NCBI GenBank assembly: GCA_035514535.1
Contig: DATKAZ010000108.1
Location: 9,442 to 73,441 of the forward strand
Source of the DNA: Gammaproteobacteria bacterium
GTDB taxonomy: Bacteria > Pseudomonadota > Gammaproteobacteria > Steroidobacterales > XN24
DNA: 64,000 bases
Reading direction: 5' to 3'
Below the pieces are notes generated by a model that did not search any database, was not told the DNA's origin, and saw only the letters and a list, made by a program, of their open reading frames with translations. Shown here in pieces: positions 46,535 to 57,359 of this stretch (position 1 is its first letter; every line of letters begins with the position of its first letter). The position numbers and the translations under genes were made by a program.

Positions 46535-47689
46535 TCAGGCCTCGGCGCGCAGCAGGTCGGCTTTCTGGGTGGACTCCCAGGTGAAGTCCGGGTTGTCACG
46601 GCCGAAATGCCCGTAGGCGGCGGTGGCCTGGTAGATCGGCCGGATCAGGTCCAGCTCGAGGATGATGCCGTAGGGCGTGAGGTCGAAGTGCTCGCGCACC
46701 AGCGCGGTAAGGCGCTGGTTGGACACCTTGCCCGTGCCGAAGGTCTCGACAGAGATCGACGTGGGCTCCGCGACGCCGATGGCGTAGGAAATCTGGATCT
46801 CGCAGCGCTCCGCAAGTCCGGCCGCGACGATGTTCTTCGCCACCCAGCGCGCCGCGTAGGCCGCCGAGCGGTCGACCTTGGACGGGTCCTTGCCCGAGAA
46901 GGCGCCGCCGCCGTGCCGGGCCATGCCGCCGTAGGTATCGACGATGATCTTGCGCCCCGTCAGGCCGCAGTCGCCGAGCGGTCCGCCGATGACGAAGCGA
47001 CCCGTCGGGTTGATGTGAAAGCGCTTGCAGGAGTCCAGCCACTCGGCCGGGATCACCGGCTGGATGATGACTTCCATGACCGCTTCCTCGAGCTCCCGCT
47101 GGCCGATGTCCGGCGCGTGCTGGGTCGACAGCACTACGGCTTCGACACCCACCGGGCGATTGTCCTCGTAGCGGAACGTGATCTGGCTTTTCGCATCCGG
47201 CCTGAGCCACGGGAGGGTGCCGTTCTTGCGCTCGATCGACTGGCGCTCCACGAGCTTGTGCGCATAGTGGATCGGGGCCGGCATCAGCGACTCGGTCTCG
47301 TTGGTGGCGTAGCCGAACATCAGGCCCTGGTCTCCCGCCCCCTGGAGGCGCGGGTCGCTGCGATCCACGCCCTGCGCGATGTCGGGCGTCTGCTTGCCGA
47401 TCGCATTCAGCACGGCACAGGTCGCGCCGTCGAAGCCGAGCTCGGAACTGTTGTAGCCGATGTCGAGGATCGTCCGGCGCGTGAGTTCCTCGAGGTCGAC
47501 CCAAGCCGAGGTCGTGACCTCGCCGGCGATGATCGCCATGCCGGTCTTGACCATGGTCTCGACCGCCACCCTGGCCTTCGGATCCTTGCTCAGAATCGCG
47601 TCGAGGACGGCGTCGGAAACCTGGTCGGCGATCTTGTCAGGGTGGCCCTCCGAGACGGACTCGGAGGTGAACAGGAAGTCGTTGGGCAT
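46535..47689 (-). CDS. metK: S-adenosylmethionine synthetase
   Basis: [40 protein letters not shown] and [16 protein letters not shown] motifs. Confidence 0.98.
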   Translation of the reverse strand: MPNDFLFTSESVSEGHPDKIADQVSDAVLDAILSKDPKARVAVETMVKTGMAIIAGEVTTSAWVDLEELTRRTILDIGYNSSELGFDGATCAVLNAIGKQTPDIAQGVDRSDPRLQGAGDQGLMFGYATNETESLMPAPIHYAHKLVERQSIERKNGTLPWLRPDAKSQITFRYEDNRPVGVEAVVLSTQHAPDIGQRELEEAVMEVIIQPVIPAEWLDSCKRFHINPTGRFVIGGPLGDCGLTGRKIIVDTYGGMARHGGGAFSGKDPSKVDRSAAYAARWVAKNIVAAGLAERCEIQISYAIGVAEPTSISVETFGTGKVSNQRLTALVREHFDLTPYGIILELDLIRPIYQATAAYGHFGRDNPDFTWESTQKADLLRAEA

Positions 47690-47850
47690 GCGATGGCTAC
47701 CGTAAGGGGGCGGAAAAGGTCCGATAGTATACCGATCTTGGGCCCGCCCGGCCTCTTTGCGAGCGGTTCCGTGCGCGGTCGCGGGGTTGCCGCTGCGGCG
47801 CGATTCGGCGAACATGCATTGTTTACCCGCAAGCCATTTCCGGAGCCGAG

Positions 47851-49845
47851 ATGCCCTCGCGCAGAGATCTCGCCAACGCCATTCGTGCGTTGAGCATGGA
47901 CGCAGTTCAGCAGGCCAATTCCGGGCATCCGGGCATGCCCATGGGCATGGCGGACATCGCCCAGGTCCTGTGGAACGATTTCCTGCGGCACAACCCGGGC
48001 GACCCGCGCTGGCCGGACCGCGATCGCTTCGTCGTCTCGAACGGCCACGGCTCGATGCTGCTGTATTCCCTGCTGCATCTCTCCGGCTATCCGCTCTCCA
48101 TGGACGAGATCCGCAATTTCAGGCAGTTCGGCTACCACACCGCGGGTCACCCCGAGTACGAACCCGAGCTCGGCATCGAGACCACCACCGGGCCTTTGGG
48201 CCAGGGCCTCGCGAATGCCGTGGGGATGGCGATCGCCGAGCGCGCCCTCGCGGCCCGCTACAACCGGCCCGGCTTCGAGGTCGTGGACCATCGCACCTGG
48301 GTGTTCACGGGCGACGGCTGCCTGATGGAAGGCATATCGCACGAGGTCTGCTCGCTGGCGGGGACCCTCGGGCTGGGCAAGCTGGTCGTCTTCTACGACG
48401 ACAACGGGATTTCCATCGACGGCGAGGTCGAGGGCTGGTTCACGGACGACACGCCGGCCAGGTTCAGGGCCTATGGCTGGCACGTGGTCCCCGGGGTCGA
48501 CGGGCACGACCCGGAGGCGGTGAAGGCCGCTATCGAGGTCGCGTGTGCCGAGACCGGGCGCCCGAGCCTGATCTGCTGCCGCACGATCATCGGCTGGGGC
48601 GCGCCGAACAAGCAGGGCACCGAGGCGACGCACGGCGCGGCGCTCGGCGCCGACGAGGTCGCGCGCACGCGGGAGAACATCGGCTGGCCGCATTCGCCGT
48701 TCGTGATTCCCGACGAGATTCGCGCTGCCTGGAATGCGCGTGAACCTGGCGCGGCGGCCCAGGCGGACTGGGATCGCCTGATGGCGTCCTACGCGAAGGA
48801 ATATCCTGTGGAGAGCGCCGAGCTGGTGCGGCGCCTTGCCGGCGAACTGCCGGCAGACTGGGCGGCCGCGGCCGACGACGTGATCGCAAAGCTCGCCGCG
48901 GATGCCGGCAACGTTGCGACCCGCAAGGCCTCGGAACTGTCGCTGAACGGCTACGGGCCGCTGTTGCCGGAGCTGATCGGCGGGTCCGCGGACCTGAGCG
49001 GCTCCAACAACACGTTCTTCAAGGGCAGCCGGCGCATCGGCGCGGGCGACTTCGCCGGCAATTACCTGCACTTCGGCGTGCGCGAGTTCGGCATGACGGC
49101 GATCCTCAACGGGCTTGCGCTGCACGGCGGGTTCCGGCCCTACGGCGGCACCTTCCTGGTATTTTCGGACTACGCGCGCAACGCGGTGCGCATGGCGGCC
49201 CTGATGCGCCAGCCGATCACGCTGGTCTACACGCACGACTCGATCGGCCTCGGCGAGGACGGGCCGACGCACCAGCCGATCGAGCACCTCGCGAGCCTCA
49301 GGCTGATTCCGAACCTGCGGGTCTGGCGGCCTTGCGACGCGGCAGAGAGCGCGGTCGCCTGGCGGGACGCGCTGGAGAGCACGACCACGCCGACCGCGCT
49401 GGCGCTGTCGCGCCAGAATCTGCCCGCCCAGGCGCGCGACGAGGCGCAGCTGGCGGCCATCCGCCGCGGCGGCTACGTGCTGCACGAGCCGGCCGGCGAG
49501 CCGGTCGCGATCCTGATTGCGACCGGCTCCGAGGTCGGGCTCGCGGTCGAGGCGGCCGGGCTGCTGGCGGCGGAGGAGATCGCGGTGCGCGTCGTGTCCA
49601 TGCCCTGCGTGGAGGCGTTCCGCGCGCAGGATGCGGCGTGGCGCGAAGCGGTCCTACCGGCGCGCATCACGGCGCGCCTCGCGGTGGAGGCCGGCGTGCC
49701 GGATCCCTGGGATGCATTCGTCGGTCCCGCCGGGGCCGTCATCGGCATGGAGCGGTTCGGCGAGTCCGCGCCCGCACCACGATTGTTCGAACATTTCGGC
49801 TTTACGCCCGAGGCCGTGGCTGCACGGCTCAGGACGTTGCTCTAG
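47851..49845 (+). CDS. tkt: Transketolase
   Basis: [40 protein letters not shown] and [16 protein letters not shown] motifs. Confidence 0.98.
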   Translation: MPSRRDLANAIRALSMDAVQQANSGHPGMPMGMADIAQVLWNDFLRHNPGDPRWPDRDRFVVSNGHGSMLLYSLLHLSGYPLSMDEIRNFRQFGYHTAGHPEYEPELGIETTTGPLGQGLANAVGMAIAERALAARYNRPGFEVVDHRTWVFTGDGCLMEGISHEVCSLAGTLGLGKLVVFYDDNGISIDGEVEGWFTDDTPARFRAYGWHVVPGVDGHDPEAVKAAIEVACAETGRPSLICCRTIIGWGAPNKQGTEATHGAALGADEVARTRENIGWPHSPFVIPDEIRAAWNAREPGAAAQADWDRLMASYAKEYPVESAELVRRLAGELPADWAAAADDVIAKLAADAGNVATRKASELSLNGYGPLLPELIGGSADLSGSNNTFFKGSRRIGAGDFAGNYLHFGVREFGMTAILNGLALHGGFRPYGGTFLVFSDYARNAVRMAALMRQPITLVYTHDSIGLGEDGPTHQPIEHLASLRLIPNLRVWRPCDAAESAVAWRDALESTTTPTALALSRQNLPAQARDEAQLAAIRRGGYVLHEPAGEPVAILIATGSEVGLAVEAAGLLAAEEIAVRVVSMPCVEAFRAQDAAWREAVLPARITARLAVEAGVPDPWDAFVGPAGAVIGMERFGESAPAPRLFEHFGFTPEAVAARLRTLL

Positions 49846-49866
49846 TTTCGCTGCAAGGAGAACGAC

Positions 49867-50880
49867 ATGGCGATCAAGGTTGGCATCAACGGTTATGGCC
49901 GTATCGGCCGCAACATCCTCCGGGCCCTGTACGAGTCCGGGCGCACCGGTGAGATTTCCATCGTCGCGATCAATGATCTCGGCGACGCGAATACCAATGC
50001 ACACCTGACGCGCTATGACTCGGCGCACGGCAAGTTCGGCGCCGAGGTGGTGGTGGACGGCGACCACCTGGTCGTCAACGGCGACCGCATCCGCGTGCTC
50101 GCGGAGCGCAATCCCGCCAACCTGCCGTGGAAGGAGCTCGGCGTCGACGTCGTGCTCGAGTGCACCGGGCTGTTCACGACCAAGGAGAAAGCCTCTGCCC
50201 ACCTGCAGGCCGGCGCGAAGAAGGTCATCATCTCCGCCCCCGGCGGCAAGGACGTCGATGCGACCATCGTCTACGGCGTCAATCACGACACGCTCAAGAA
50301 GAGTCACGAGGTCATCTCCAACGCCTCGTGCACGACCAACTGCCTCGCGCCGCTGGTCCAGCCGCTGCACCAGGCGATCGGCGTTGTAAATGGCCTCATG
50401 ACGACGATTCATGCCTACACCAACGACCAGGTGCTCACCGACGTGTTCCACTCGGACCTGCGGCGCGCACGCGCGGCGGCAGTGTCGATGATCCCGACCA
50501 AGACCGGCGCCGCGGCCGCCGTGGGCCTCGTCCTGCCGGAGCTTGCCGGCAAGCTCGACGGCTTCGCGATCCGCGTGCCGACCATCAACGTGTCGATGGT
50601 CGATCTGACCTTCCAGGCCGCGCGCGACACGAACAAGGAAGAGATCGACCGGGTGCTCGAGGAAGCCTCGCAGGGTCGCCTGAAAAACATCCTCGGCGTT
50701 AATCGCGAGCCGCTGGTGTCGATCGATTTCAACCACGATCCGCGTTCCTCGGTATACGAGGCCTCGCTCACCCGCGTGGTCGACAGCCGCCTCGTCAAGG
50801 TGTGCTCCTGGTACGACAACGAGTGGGGCTTCTCGAACCGGATGCTGGACACGACCATCGCGCTGGTCGACGCGAAGTAA
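49867..50880 (+). CDS. gap: Type I glyceraldehyde-3-phosphate dehydrogenase
   Basis: [19 protein letters not shown] and WYDNEWG motifs. Confidence 0.97.
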   Translation: MAIKVGINGYGRIGRNILRALYESGRTGEISIVAINDLGDANTNAHLTRYDSAHGKFGAEVVVDGDHLVVNGDRIRVLAERNPANLPWKELGVDVVLECTGLFTTKEKASAHLQAGAKKVIISAPGGKDVDATIVYGVNHDTLKKSHEVISNASCTTNCLAPLVQPLHQAIGVVNGLMTTIHAYTNDQVLTDVFHSDLRRARAAAVSMIPTKTGAAAAVGLVLPELAGKLDGFAIRVPTINVSMVDLTFQAARDTNKEEIDRVLEEASQGRLKNILGVNREPLVSIDFNHDPRSSVYEASLTRVVDSRLVKVCSWYDNEWGFSNRMLDTTIALVDAK

Positions 50881-50882
50881 GC

Positions 50883-52067
50883 ATGGCCGGAGACGTCATC
50901 CGCATGGAGGACCTCGAGCTCGCCGGGCGGCGGGTGCTGGTCCGCGAGGACTTCAACGTCCCGGTCGAGGACGGCAAGGTAAGCAGCGACGCGCGCATCC
51001 GCGCGGCGTTGCCGACCATCCGCCTCGCGCTGGAAAAAGGCGCCGCCGTGATGCTGATGTCACACCTCGGTCGGCCGCAGGAAGGCGCGTTCGACGCGCA
51101 GTATTCGCTGGCGCCGGTGGCCGCGCACCTGGCCGGACTGCTCGGCATGCCGGTGCGCCTCGAGCGCGACTGGCTCGACGGCGTCCGGCTCGAGCCGGGC
51201 GAGGTCGTGCTGTGCGAAAACGTTCGCTTCAACCCGGGCGAGAAGCGCGACGACGAGGGGCTGGCGCGGCGCATGGCGGTGCTTTGCGACGTATTCGTCA
51301 TGGACGCGTTCGGCTCGGCGCACCGCGCCCAGGCGAGCACGCACGGCGTGGCGCGATTCGCGCCGGTCGCCTGCGCGGGGCCGTTGCTGGCGGCCGAACT
51401 CGAGGCACTCGGCAAGGCGCTGCGCGACCCGGCGCGGCCGCTGGTCGCGATCGTCGGCGGTGCCAAGGTCTCGACCAAGCTGACCGTGCTGGACACCCTG
51501 CTCGAGCGCGTGGACCAGCTGATCGTCGGCGGTGGAATCGCCAACAACTTCATCGCCGCCGCGGGCCATCCGGTCGGCAAGTCGCTGTACGAGCCCGATC
51601 TGCTTGAAGAGACCCGCGCCCTCGTCGCGAAGGCCGCGGCACGCGGCGCGGCTATCCCGCAGCCGAGCGATGTCGTGGTCGCCGCCGGGCTGGAGAGCCA
51701 TCATGTGGCCGCGATCCGGCCCGTGGCGGAAGTCGGCGATGCCGAGATGATCCTCGACGTCGGCCCGGACACGGCCGCCGCGTACGCGGCCATCGTGGCG
51801 CATGCGGGCACGATCGTGTGGAACGGCCCAGTCGGCGTGTTCGAGGACCCGCGCTTTGCCGCGGGGACGCGGGCGCTTGCCGACGCAGTGGCCGCCAGCG
51901 ACGCGTTCTCGATCGCCGGCGGCGGCGATACGCTGGCCGCGCTCGAAGCGTTCGGCCTCGCCGATCAAGTGTCGTATGTCTCGACCGGCGGCGGCGCATT
52001 CCTGGAGTTTCTCGAGGGCCGGCAACTGCCGGCGGTCGCCGTGCTCCGGGAACGGGCCCGGGCCTGA
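50883..52067 (+). CDS. pgk: Phosphoglycerate kinase
   Basis: [41 protein letters not shown] and STGGGA motifs. Confidence 0.98.
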   Translation: MAGDVIRMEDLELAGRRVLVREDFNVPVEDGKVSSDARIRAALPTIRLALEKGAAVMLMSHLGRPQEGAFDAQYSLAPVAAHLAGLLGMPVRLERDWLDGVRLEPGEVVLCENVRFNPGEKRDDEGLARRMAVLCDVFVMDAFGSAHRAQASTHGVARFAPVACAGPLLAAELEALGKALRDPARPLVAIVGGAKVSTKLTVLDTLLERVDQLIVGGGIANNFIAAAGHPVGKSLYEPDLLEETRALVAKAAARGAAIPQPSDVVVAAGLESHHVAAIRPVAEVGDAEMILDVGPDTAAAYAAIVAHAGTIVWNGPVGVFEDPRFAAGTRALADAVAASDAFSIAGGGDTLAALEAFGLADQVSYVSTGGGAFLEFLEGRQLPAVAVLRERARA

Positions 52068-52076
52068 GCGTTCGGC

Positions 52077-53504
52077 ATGGCGAAGCGCACCAAGATCATC
52101 GCCACGCTCGGGCCTGCGACGGACCGGAGCGAAGTACTGGACGGCATCCTGCGCGCGGGCGCGGACGTCGTGCGCATCAACTTCTCGCACGGCACCGCGG
52201 CGGACCGCGAGCGCAGGATCGGCGAGGTGCGCGAGGCCGCGGCGCGCGTCGGGCGCGACATCGGCATACTCGGCGACCTGCAGGGGCCGAAGATCCGCAT
52301 CGAGCGTTTCGCCGGCGGGCCGGTCGAGCTGGTGGACGGCGAATCGTTCGCTCTGGATACTTCGCTGCCGCCCGAGGCCGGCGACCGGTCCGCGGTCGGC
52401 GTCGCCTACAAGGCCCTGCCCGGCGACGTCCGGCCTGGCGACCTGCTGCTGCTCAACGACGGCGCCATCACGCTCGAGGTGGAACGCGTCGCGGGCCCGC
52501 GGGTCGAGTGCCGCGTGCGCGTCGGCGGCACGCTGTCCGACGGCAAGGGGATCAATCGGCTCGGCGGCGGTCTGTCGGCCGGCGCCCTGACCGACAGGGA
52601 CCGCGACGACATTCGCGTGGCCGCGGCGCTGGACCTCGATTTCCTCGGCGTGTCGTTCCCGCGCGCCGGGGCGGACATCGAGGAGGCGCGCCGCCTGCTG
52701 CGCGCCGCCGGGGGGCGCGCGCTGCTGGTCGCGAAGATCGAGCGCGCCGAGAGTGTCGAGCGCATCGAGGAGATCGTCCGCGCGAGCGACGTCGTGATGG
52801 TGGCGCGCGGCGACCTGGGCGTCGAGATCGGCTTCGCCGAGGTCCCGGGCGTGCAGAAGAACATCATTCGCGTCGCGCGCGCCATGAACCGGATCGTCAT
52901 CACCGCGACCCAGATGATGGAATCGATGGTGCATGAGCCCATCCCCACGCGCGCCGAGGTGTCGGACGTCGCCAATGCCGTGATCGACGGCACCGACGCG
53001 GTGATGCTTTCCGGCGAGACCGCCGTGGGGCGCCACCCGGTCAAGGCCGTGCAGGCCATGGCGAGCGCCTGCGTCGCCGCCGAGAAACAGCGCGCCACGT
53101 CGATGTCGCGCCACCGCATGGACGACGTATTCGAGCGCACCGACGAGGCCATCGCGATGGCGACGATGTACACGGCCAACCACATGGACGTGAAGGCGAT
53201 CGTCGCGCTCACGGAGTCGGGCAGCACCGCCCTGTGGATGTCGCGCATCCGCTCCGGCATCCCGATCTACGCCTTCAGCCGCAACGAGAGCACGCGCCGG
53301 CGCGTCGCCCTGTACCGCGGAGTCTACCCGGTGCCGTTCGATGTCCTCGCCGACCCGAGCCGTAACGGCTTCCAGGGGATCTGCCGGACGCTCCTTGAGC
53401 ACGGCCTCGCGGCGCCGGGGGATCGCATCCTGCTCACCGAGGGCCACGCCGCCGGCGTCAAGGGCGGGACCAATACCCTGAAGATCCTCACTGTCGAAGG
53501 GTAG
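52077..53504 (+). CDS. pyk: Pyruvate kinase (PykA-like)
   Basis: RTKIIATLGP, RINFSHG, DLQGPKIR, AKIE, MVARGDLGVE, ATQMMESM and DAVMLSGE motifs. Confidence 0.98.
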   Translation: MAKRTKIIATLGPATDRSEVLDGILRAGADVVRINFSHGTAADRERRIGEVREAAARVGRDIGILGDLQGPKIRIERFAGGPVELVDGESFALDTSLPPEAGDRSAVGVAYKALPGDVRPGDLLLLNDGAITLEVERVAGPRVECRVRVGGTLSDGKGINRLGGGLSAGALTDRDRDDIRVAAALDLDFLGVSFPRAGADIEEARRLLRAAGGRALLVAKIERAESVERIEEIVRASDVVMVARGDLGVEIGFAEVPGVQKNIIRVARAMNRIVITATQMMESMVHEPIPTRAEVSDVANAVIDGTDAVMLSGETAVGRHPVKAVQAMASACVAAEKQRATSMSRHRMDDVFERTDEAIAMATMYTANHMDVKAIVALTESGSTALWMSRIRSGIPIYAFSRNESTRRRVALYRGVYPVPFDVLADPSRNGFQGICRTLLEHGLAAPGDRILLTEGHAAGVKGGTNTLKILTVEG

Positions 53505-53555
53505 GGGACACTGCCGGGGACACTGCTTTTAAGCTGTGTCCCCGGCAGTGTCCCC
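53504..53555. repeat. REP-like nested palindrome (GGGGACAC family)
   Basis: GGGGACACTGCC-GGGGACACTGCTTTTAAGCTGTGTCCCC-GGCAGTGTCCCC fills the pyk/sulP intergenic space. Confidence 0.9.
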
Positions 53556-53556
53556 G

Positions 53557-55275
53557 TCACAGCGGGATCAGTTCCTTCTCGCGTTCGGCCGAGCGGCTCA
53601 ACGCGGTGACGGCCATCTGCGGCGTGGGGAACACCTGCCCCGGCGCGAGCTGCTCGAAGATCTTGGTGCGCCGCAGCCGGTCGAGCACCGGGCCCTTCAC
53701 GTCGGCGAGGTGAATCGTGATGCCGGCCTCGCGCAGCGTCTCGGCCGCATCGCGCAACACCCGCAGGGCGCTCGAGTCCACGAAGCCCACGCCGCTCATG
53801 ACGAGCACCAGGTGCTTGATGCGCGGCCGCTTCTGGAACTCCTGCGTGATGATGTCCTGCACGTGGCCGACGTTCGCGAAATACAGGTTCTCGTCCACCC
53901 GCACGAGGAGGATCTCGGGCCAGGTCTCCACCTTGTGGCGATCGATGCTGCGAAATTCGGTCGAATGCGGCAGGCGACCGACGATGGCGATGTTCGGATG
54001 GCCCGTGCGCCACAGGTAGAGCAGCACGGACAGCAGCACGCCCATGATGAGGCCGGCCTCGACCCCGTAGGCCAGCACGCCGAGGAAAGTGACGAGGTTC
54101 GAGGCGCCGTCGGCCTTGCTGTACCTCCAGGTGTCGACGATGGAACGGAGATCCACGAGGCCTGCGACGGCGACGATGATCACCGCGGCCAGGACCGCCT
54201 TCGGCAGGCCGCTGAACAGCGGCGCGAGCAGCAGCAGCGTCACGGCGGTGAACAGCGCGAGGAAGATCGACACGAGCTGGCTGCGACTGCCCGAGTTGTA
54301 CTGCACCATGCTGCGGCTGAAGCTGCCGGCCACCGGCAGGGCACCCGAAACCGCGGACGCGACGTTGGCGGAACCGAGCGCGATCAGTTCCTGGTCGGCG
54401 TCGACCGACTGGCGCCGCCGCCCCGCGAGGTACTTGGCGATGCTGACGCTTTCGACGAAGACGATGATGCTGATCAGCGCCGCCGACGGGAGGAGCGAGA
54501 TCCATGCCCCGGCGCCCGGCATCGTGATGTCGAGGATCGGGGGCCGGGCGCTGATCGCGCCGACCAGCGGCACGCGTTCGAGGCCCAGCAGCGCTACTGC
54601 GGCGGCGCCCAGCGCGAGGACGATCACCGGCGCGAGGCGGGCGGTGACGGCGTGCAGCCTGCGCCCCGTCCGGGTGGTGCCGATGACCACCAGCAGGAGC
54701 GCCAGCGACACGCCGCCGAGGATCATCGTCTCGGGGTTGAGGATCGAGGCGCGACCGCCGACGTAGGCCAGCATCTCGTGCGGCTGCAGTCCGCCGGGCA
54801 GCTCGATGCCCGCGAAATGCCTGAGCTGGTCGGCCATGATGACGATCGCCGCGCCGCTCGAGAAGCCGGTCAGCACCGGCTGGCTGAGGAGGTTGGCAAG
54901 CACGCCGAGCCTCAGGATGCCCATCGCGAGGAGGATCAGCCCGGACAGCGCGGCGAGAATCAGCGCGCCGGCCACCGGGTCCACGGCCACTGCGGAGCCC
55001 GCGATGGCCGCGGCCACCATGATCGCGGCGACCGACGTCGGCCCGACTGAGAGGTCCCGGCTGCTCCCGAAGATGGCGTACAGCACGGCCGGCAGCATGG
55101 ATGCGTACAGGCCGACGACCGGCGGCAACCCGGCGACCATCGCGTAGGCGAGGCCTTGGGGCACCAGCAGCACCGTGACGATGGCGGCGGCCGTGATGTC
55201 GGCGACAAGATCCTGCCGCGTGGTCAGGCGGATCCAGTGGACGATCGGAATGAATTTCAGGGCGCGGGACGGCAC
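53557..55275 (-). CDS. SulP/SLC26 anion permease with STAS domain
   Basis: PQGLAYA..AGLPP..GLY, FGSS....GP, NQE-like DQELIALG.AN, GSFSRS and STAS domain (LYFAN, DSSAL). Confidence 0.93.
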   Translation of the reverse strand: MPSRALKFIPIVHWIRLTTRQDLVADITAAAIVTVLLVPQGLAYAMVAGLPPVVGLYASMLPAVLYAIFGSSRDLSVGPTSVAAIMVAAAIAGSAVAVDPVAGALILAALSGLILLAMGILRLGVLANLLSQPVLTGFSSGAAIVIMADQLRHFAGIELPGGLQPHEMLAYVGGRASILNPETMILGGVSLALLLVVIGTTRTGRRLHAVTARLAPVIVLALGAAAVALLGLERVPLVGAISARPPILDITMPGAGAWISLLPSAALISIIVFVESVSIAKYLAGRRRQSVDADQELIALGSANVASAVSGALPVAGSFSRSMVQYNSGSRSQLVSIFLALFTAVTLLLLAPLFSGLPKAVLAAVIIVAVAGLVDLRSIVDTWRYSKADGASNLVTFLGVLAYGVEAGLIMGVLLSVLLYLWRTGHPNIAIVGRLPHSTEFRSIDRHKVETWPEILLVRVDENLYFANVGHVQDIITQEFQKRPRIKHLVLVMSGVGFVDSSALRVLRDAAETLREAGITIHLADVKGPVLDRLRRTKIFEQLAPGQVFPTPQMAVTALSRSAEREKELIPL

Positions 55276-55338
55276 GATCGACAGCCTTGCAGGCGAAGGC
55301 CTGCACGATAGTTAACCGCCCCGCAGGGGGTCAAGCGT

Positions 55339-55875
55339 TCAACCGCCCTCGCGCAGCGATTCGATGTCTTTCAGCACGTCGGCCGAGTGCGTTTCGAGAT
55401 TCACCTTGTCGTAATGCCGCGCGATGACGCCCTCCGGCGAGATCAGGAAAGTCTGGCGACTGGCCAGCTCGACCGCGCCGAACTTGCGCAAGACGCCGTA
55501 TTCGCGCGCCACGGCGCCCTGTTCATCGGCCAGCAGCGTGAACGGCAAGCTGTGCTTCTCGGCGAAGTCCTTGTGGGAGTCGACGTCGTCCAGGCTGATC
55601 CCCACGATCTCGGCGCCCAGCCGCCGAAAGGCGAAGATGTTGTCGCGAAAATCGCAGGCCTGGGTGGTGCAACCTGGCGTGTCGTCCTTCGGGTAGAAAT
55701 ACAGCACCAGCCACTTGCCGTCGTAATCGTCCAGGCGGTGTGTTTCGCCTTGCTGGTCGGGCAGCGCGAAGGCCGGTGCCGCGCCGCCGACGGGGGGCGA
55801 GGCATGCAGCGGCCCGGCGCCCAGGGTCGTGGCGAGCAGCAGGCCGGCGAGGAGGGATACGAGTCTGGTATTCAT
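55339..55875 (-). CDS. BCP/PrxQ peroxiredoxin with signal peptide
   Basis: Signal peptide ending LHA; LYFYPKDDTPGCTTQAC; RQTFLI. Confidence 0.9.
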   Translation of the reverse strand: MNTRLVSLLAGLLLATTLGAGPLHASPPVGGAAPAFALPDQQGETHRLDDYDGKWLVLYFYPKDDTPGCTTQACDFRDNIFAFRRLGAEIVGISLDDVDSHKDFAEKHSLPFTLLADEQGAVAREYGVLRKFGAVELASRQTFLISPEGVIARHYDKVNLETHSADVLKDIESLREGG

Positions 55876-55924
55876 GGCGCGCTCCTGGAGCGAAGTGGTA
55901 TGTCGAGGTTCGGCGCCGCCGGAC

Positions 55925-56830
55925 CTACGGATTCGGCGGCGTGCCCGAGTCGGTTGCCGCGATCTGCTCGAGGCCCGCGTGCCGCACGGTCACGCCGGGG
56001 AAGGCATCCTGGAAACGCTCCGCGAGCCTTTCCGCGAGATAGACGGAGCGATGCCGTCCGCCCGTGCAGCCGATCGCCACGGTCAGGTAGCTGCGGTTGG
56101 CCGCCTCGATGTGTCCCAGCCATGACTCGAGGAAGCGGCCGATATCATCGAGGTACTGCCTAACGTCGGCATGGGCCGACAGGTACTCGACGACGCCGGA
56201 ATCGCGCCCCGTGAGCACGCGCAGTTCCGGCTCCCAGTAGGGGTTCGGCAGGAAGCGCGCATCGAAGACGAAATCCGCATCCTTGGGAATGCCCTGGCGG
56301 AAGCCGAAGGACTCGAACTGCAGCGACACCTGGTTGCGCGCCTGGTCGGCCACGCGGTCGCGGATGATGTCGCGCAGCTCGTGAACGCTCGTCGTGCTGG
56401 TGTCGAGCACCAGGTCGGCCGATTCCGCCAGCGGCCCGAGCAGCTCCTGCTCGTAGCCGATCGCGTCGGTGAGCGTGCGATCCCCCGCCGTGGCCGGGGT
56501 GTGTGGATGGCGGCGCCGCGTGTCGAGGTAGCGTTGCACGAGTGCCGCCTCGGAGGCATGCAGGAACACGAGCTGGCAGTTGACGCCGCGCGCGCGCAGG
56601 TCCTCGAGCAGCTGGCGCGCCACGGGAAGGTCCTCGGGGCGCGGGCGGGAATCGAGGCCAATGGCGAGGCGACGAAACTTCGGATCGTCGCCCTCCGTCA
56701 GTTCACCGACGACGAGCGACAGCAGCCTCGCGGGGACGTTGTCGAGCGTGTACCAGTCGAGATCCTCGAGCATCGCCAGGGCGACACTCTTGCCGGAGCC
56801 GGACAGGCCGCTGACGACTACGAGTTCCAT
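55925..56830 (-). CDS. rapZ: RNase adapter RapZ
   Basis: SGLSGSGKS, TRRRHP, SFGF..G.P, FDARFLPNPYW and IGCTGGRHRSV motifs. Confidence 0.96.
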   Translation of the reverse strand: MELVVVSGLSGSGKSVALAMLEDLDWYTLDNVPARLLSLVVGELTEGDDPKFRRLAIGLDSRPRPEDLPVARQLLEDLRARGVNCQLVFLHASEAALVQRYLDTRRRHPHTPATAGDRTLTDAIGYEQELLGPLAESADLVLDTSTTSVHELRDIIRDRVADQARNQVSLQFESFGFRQGIPKDADFVFDARFLPNPYWEPELRVLTGRDSGVVEYLSAHADVRQYLDDIGRFLESWLGHIEAANRSYLTVAIGCTGGRHRSVYLAERLAERFQDAFPGVTVRHAGLEQIAATDSGTPPNP

Positions 56831-56849
56831 CGCCTGCGCAGGCCCGGCA

Positions 56850-57326
56850 TCATGCCATCGCGGCGCGTGGCATCGCCTGGTTCACGAGCAGGCCGTACAG
56901 CGACCGGCTTGACGTGGCACGTCGCAGCGCCGCGGCGAGGGCGCGGTCGGCCAGGGTCGCCGCGATCAGGGAAACCTCTTCGTGATGGCAGTTGACTTCG
57001 CGCTCCCGCAGCGGCACCAGCAGGCCGAAAATCAGGTCGACCGGCTCCCGGTCGGGCATGTCGAAGTCCACCGGGCGCGAAAGCTTCAGGAAGGCGCCGA
57101 CGGGTGTTTCGATCTCCGCGAGGCGCCCGTGCGGGATTGCGATGCCGTTCTCGATGGCCGTGCAGCCGAGCTTCTCGCGGCTGATGAGGCTCTGGAACAC
57201 CTCGGACTGGTCCAGGTCGGCAGCGGACGAGAGCAGCTCGCTGAGGATGTCCAGCGAATGTTTCTTGCTGCGGGCCTCGACGTTGCTGAGCACGCGGCCT
57301 GGCTTGAGCAGGGCTTGGAAAGTCAT
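56850..57326 (-). CDS. ptsN: PTS IIA-Ntr
   Basis: SKK, REKLG.T....GIAIPHGR, VDFD.PD..PVDL; located after hpf. Confidence 0.92.
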   Translation of the reverse strand: MTFQALLKPGRVLSNVEARSKKHSLDILSELLSSAADLDQSEVFQSLISREKLGCTAIENGIAIPHGRLAEIETPVGAFLKLSRPVDFDMPDREPVDLIFGLLVPLREREVNCHHEEVSLIAATLADRALAAALRRATSSRSLYGLLVNQAMPRAAMA

Positions 57327-57359
57327 CGGGTTACTCCGGGCGGCGATCGCCCGCGGCCG

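Noticed and set aside
46488-47850. SAH or SAM riboswitch before ahcY or metK
   Set aside because: The metK-ahcY gap is only 47 nt, and I find no riboswitch hallmarks in either leader. Only a TATACT -10-like box at 47726-47731 (minus strand) is visible.
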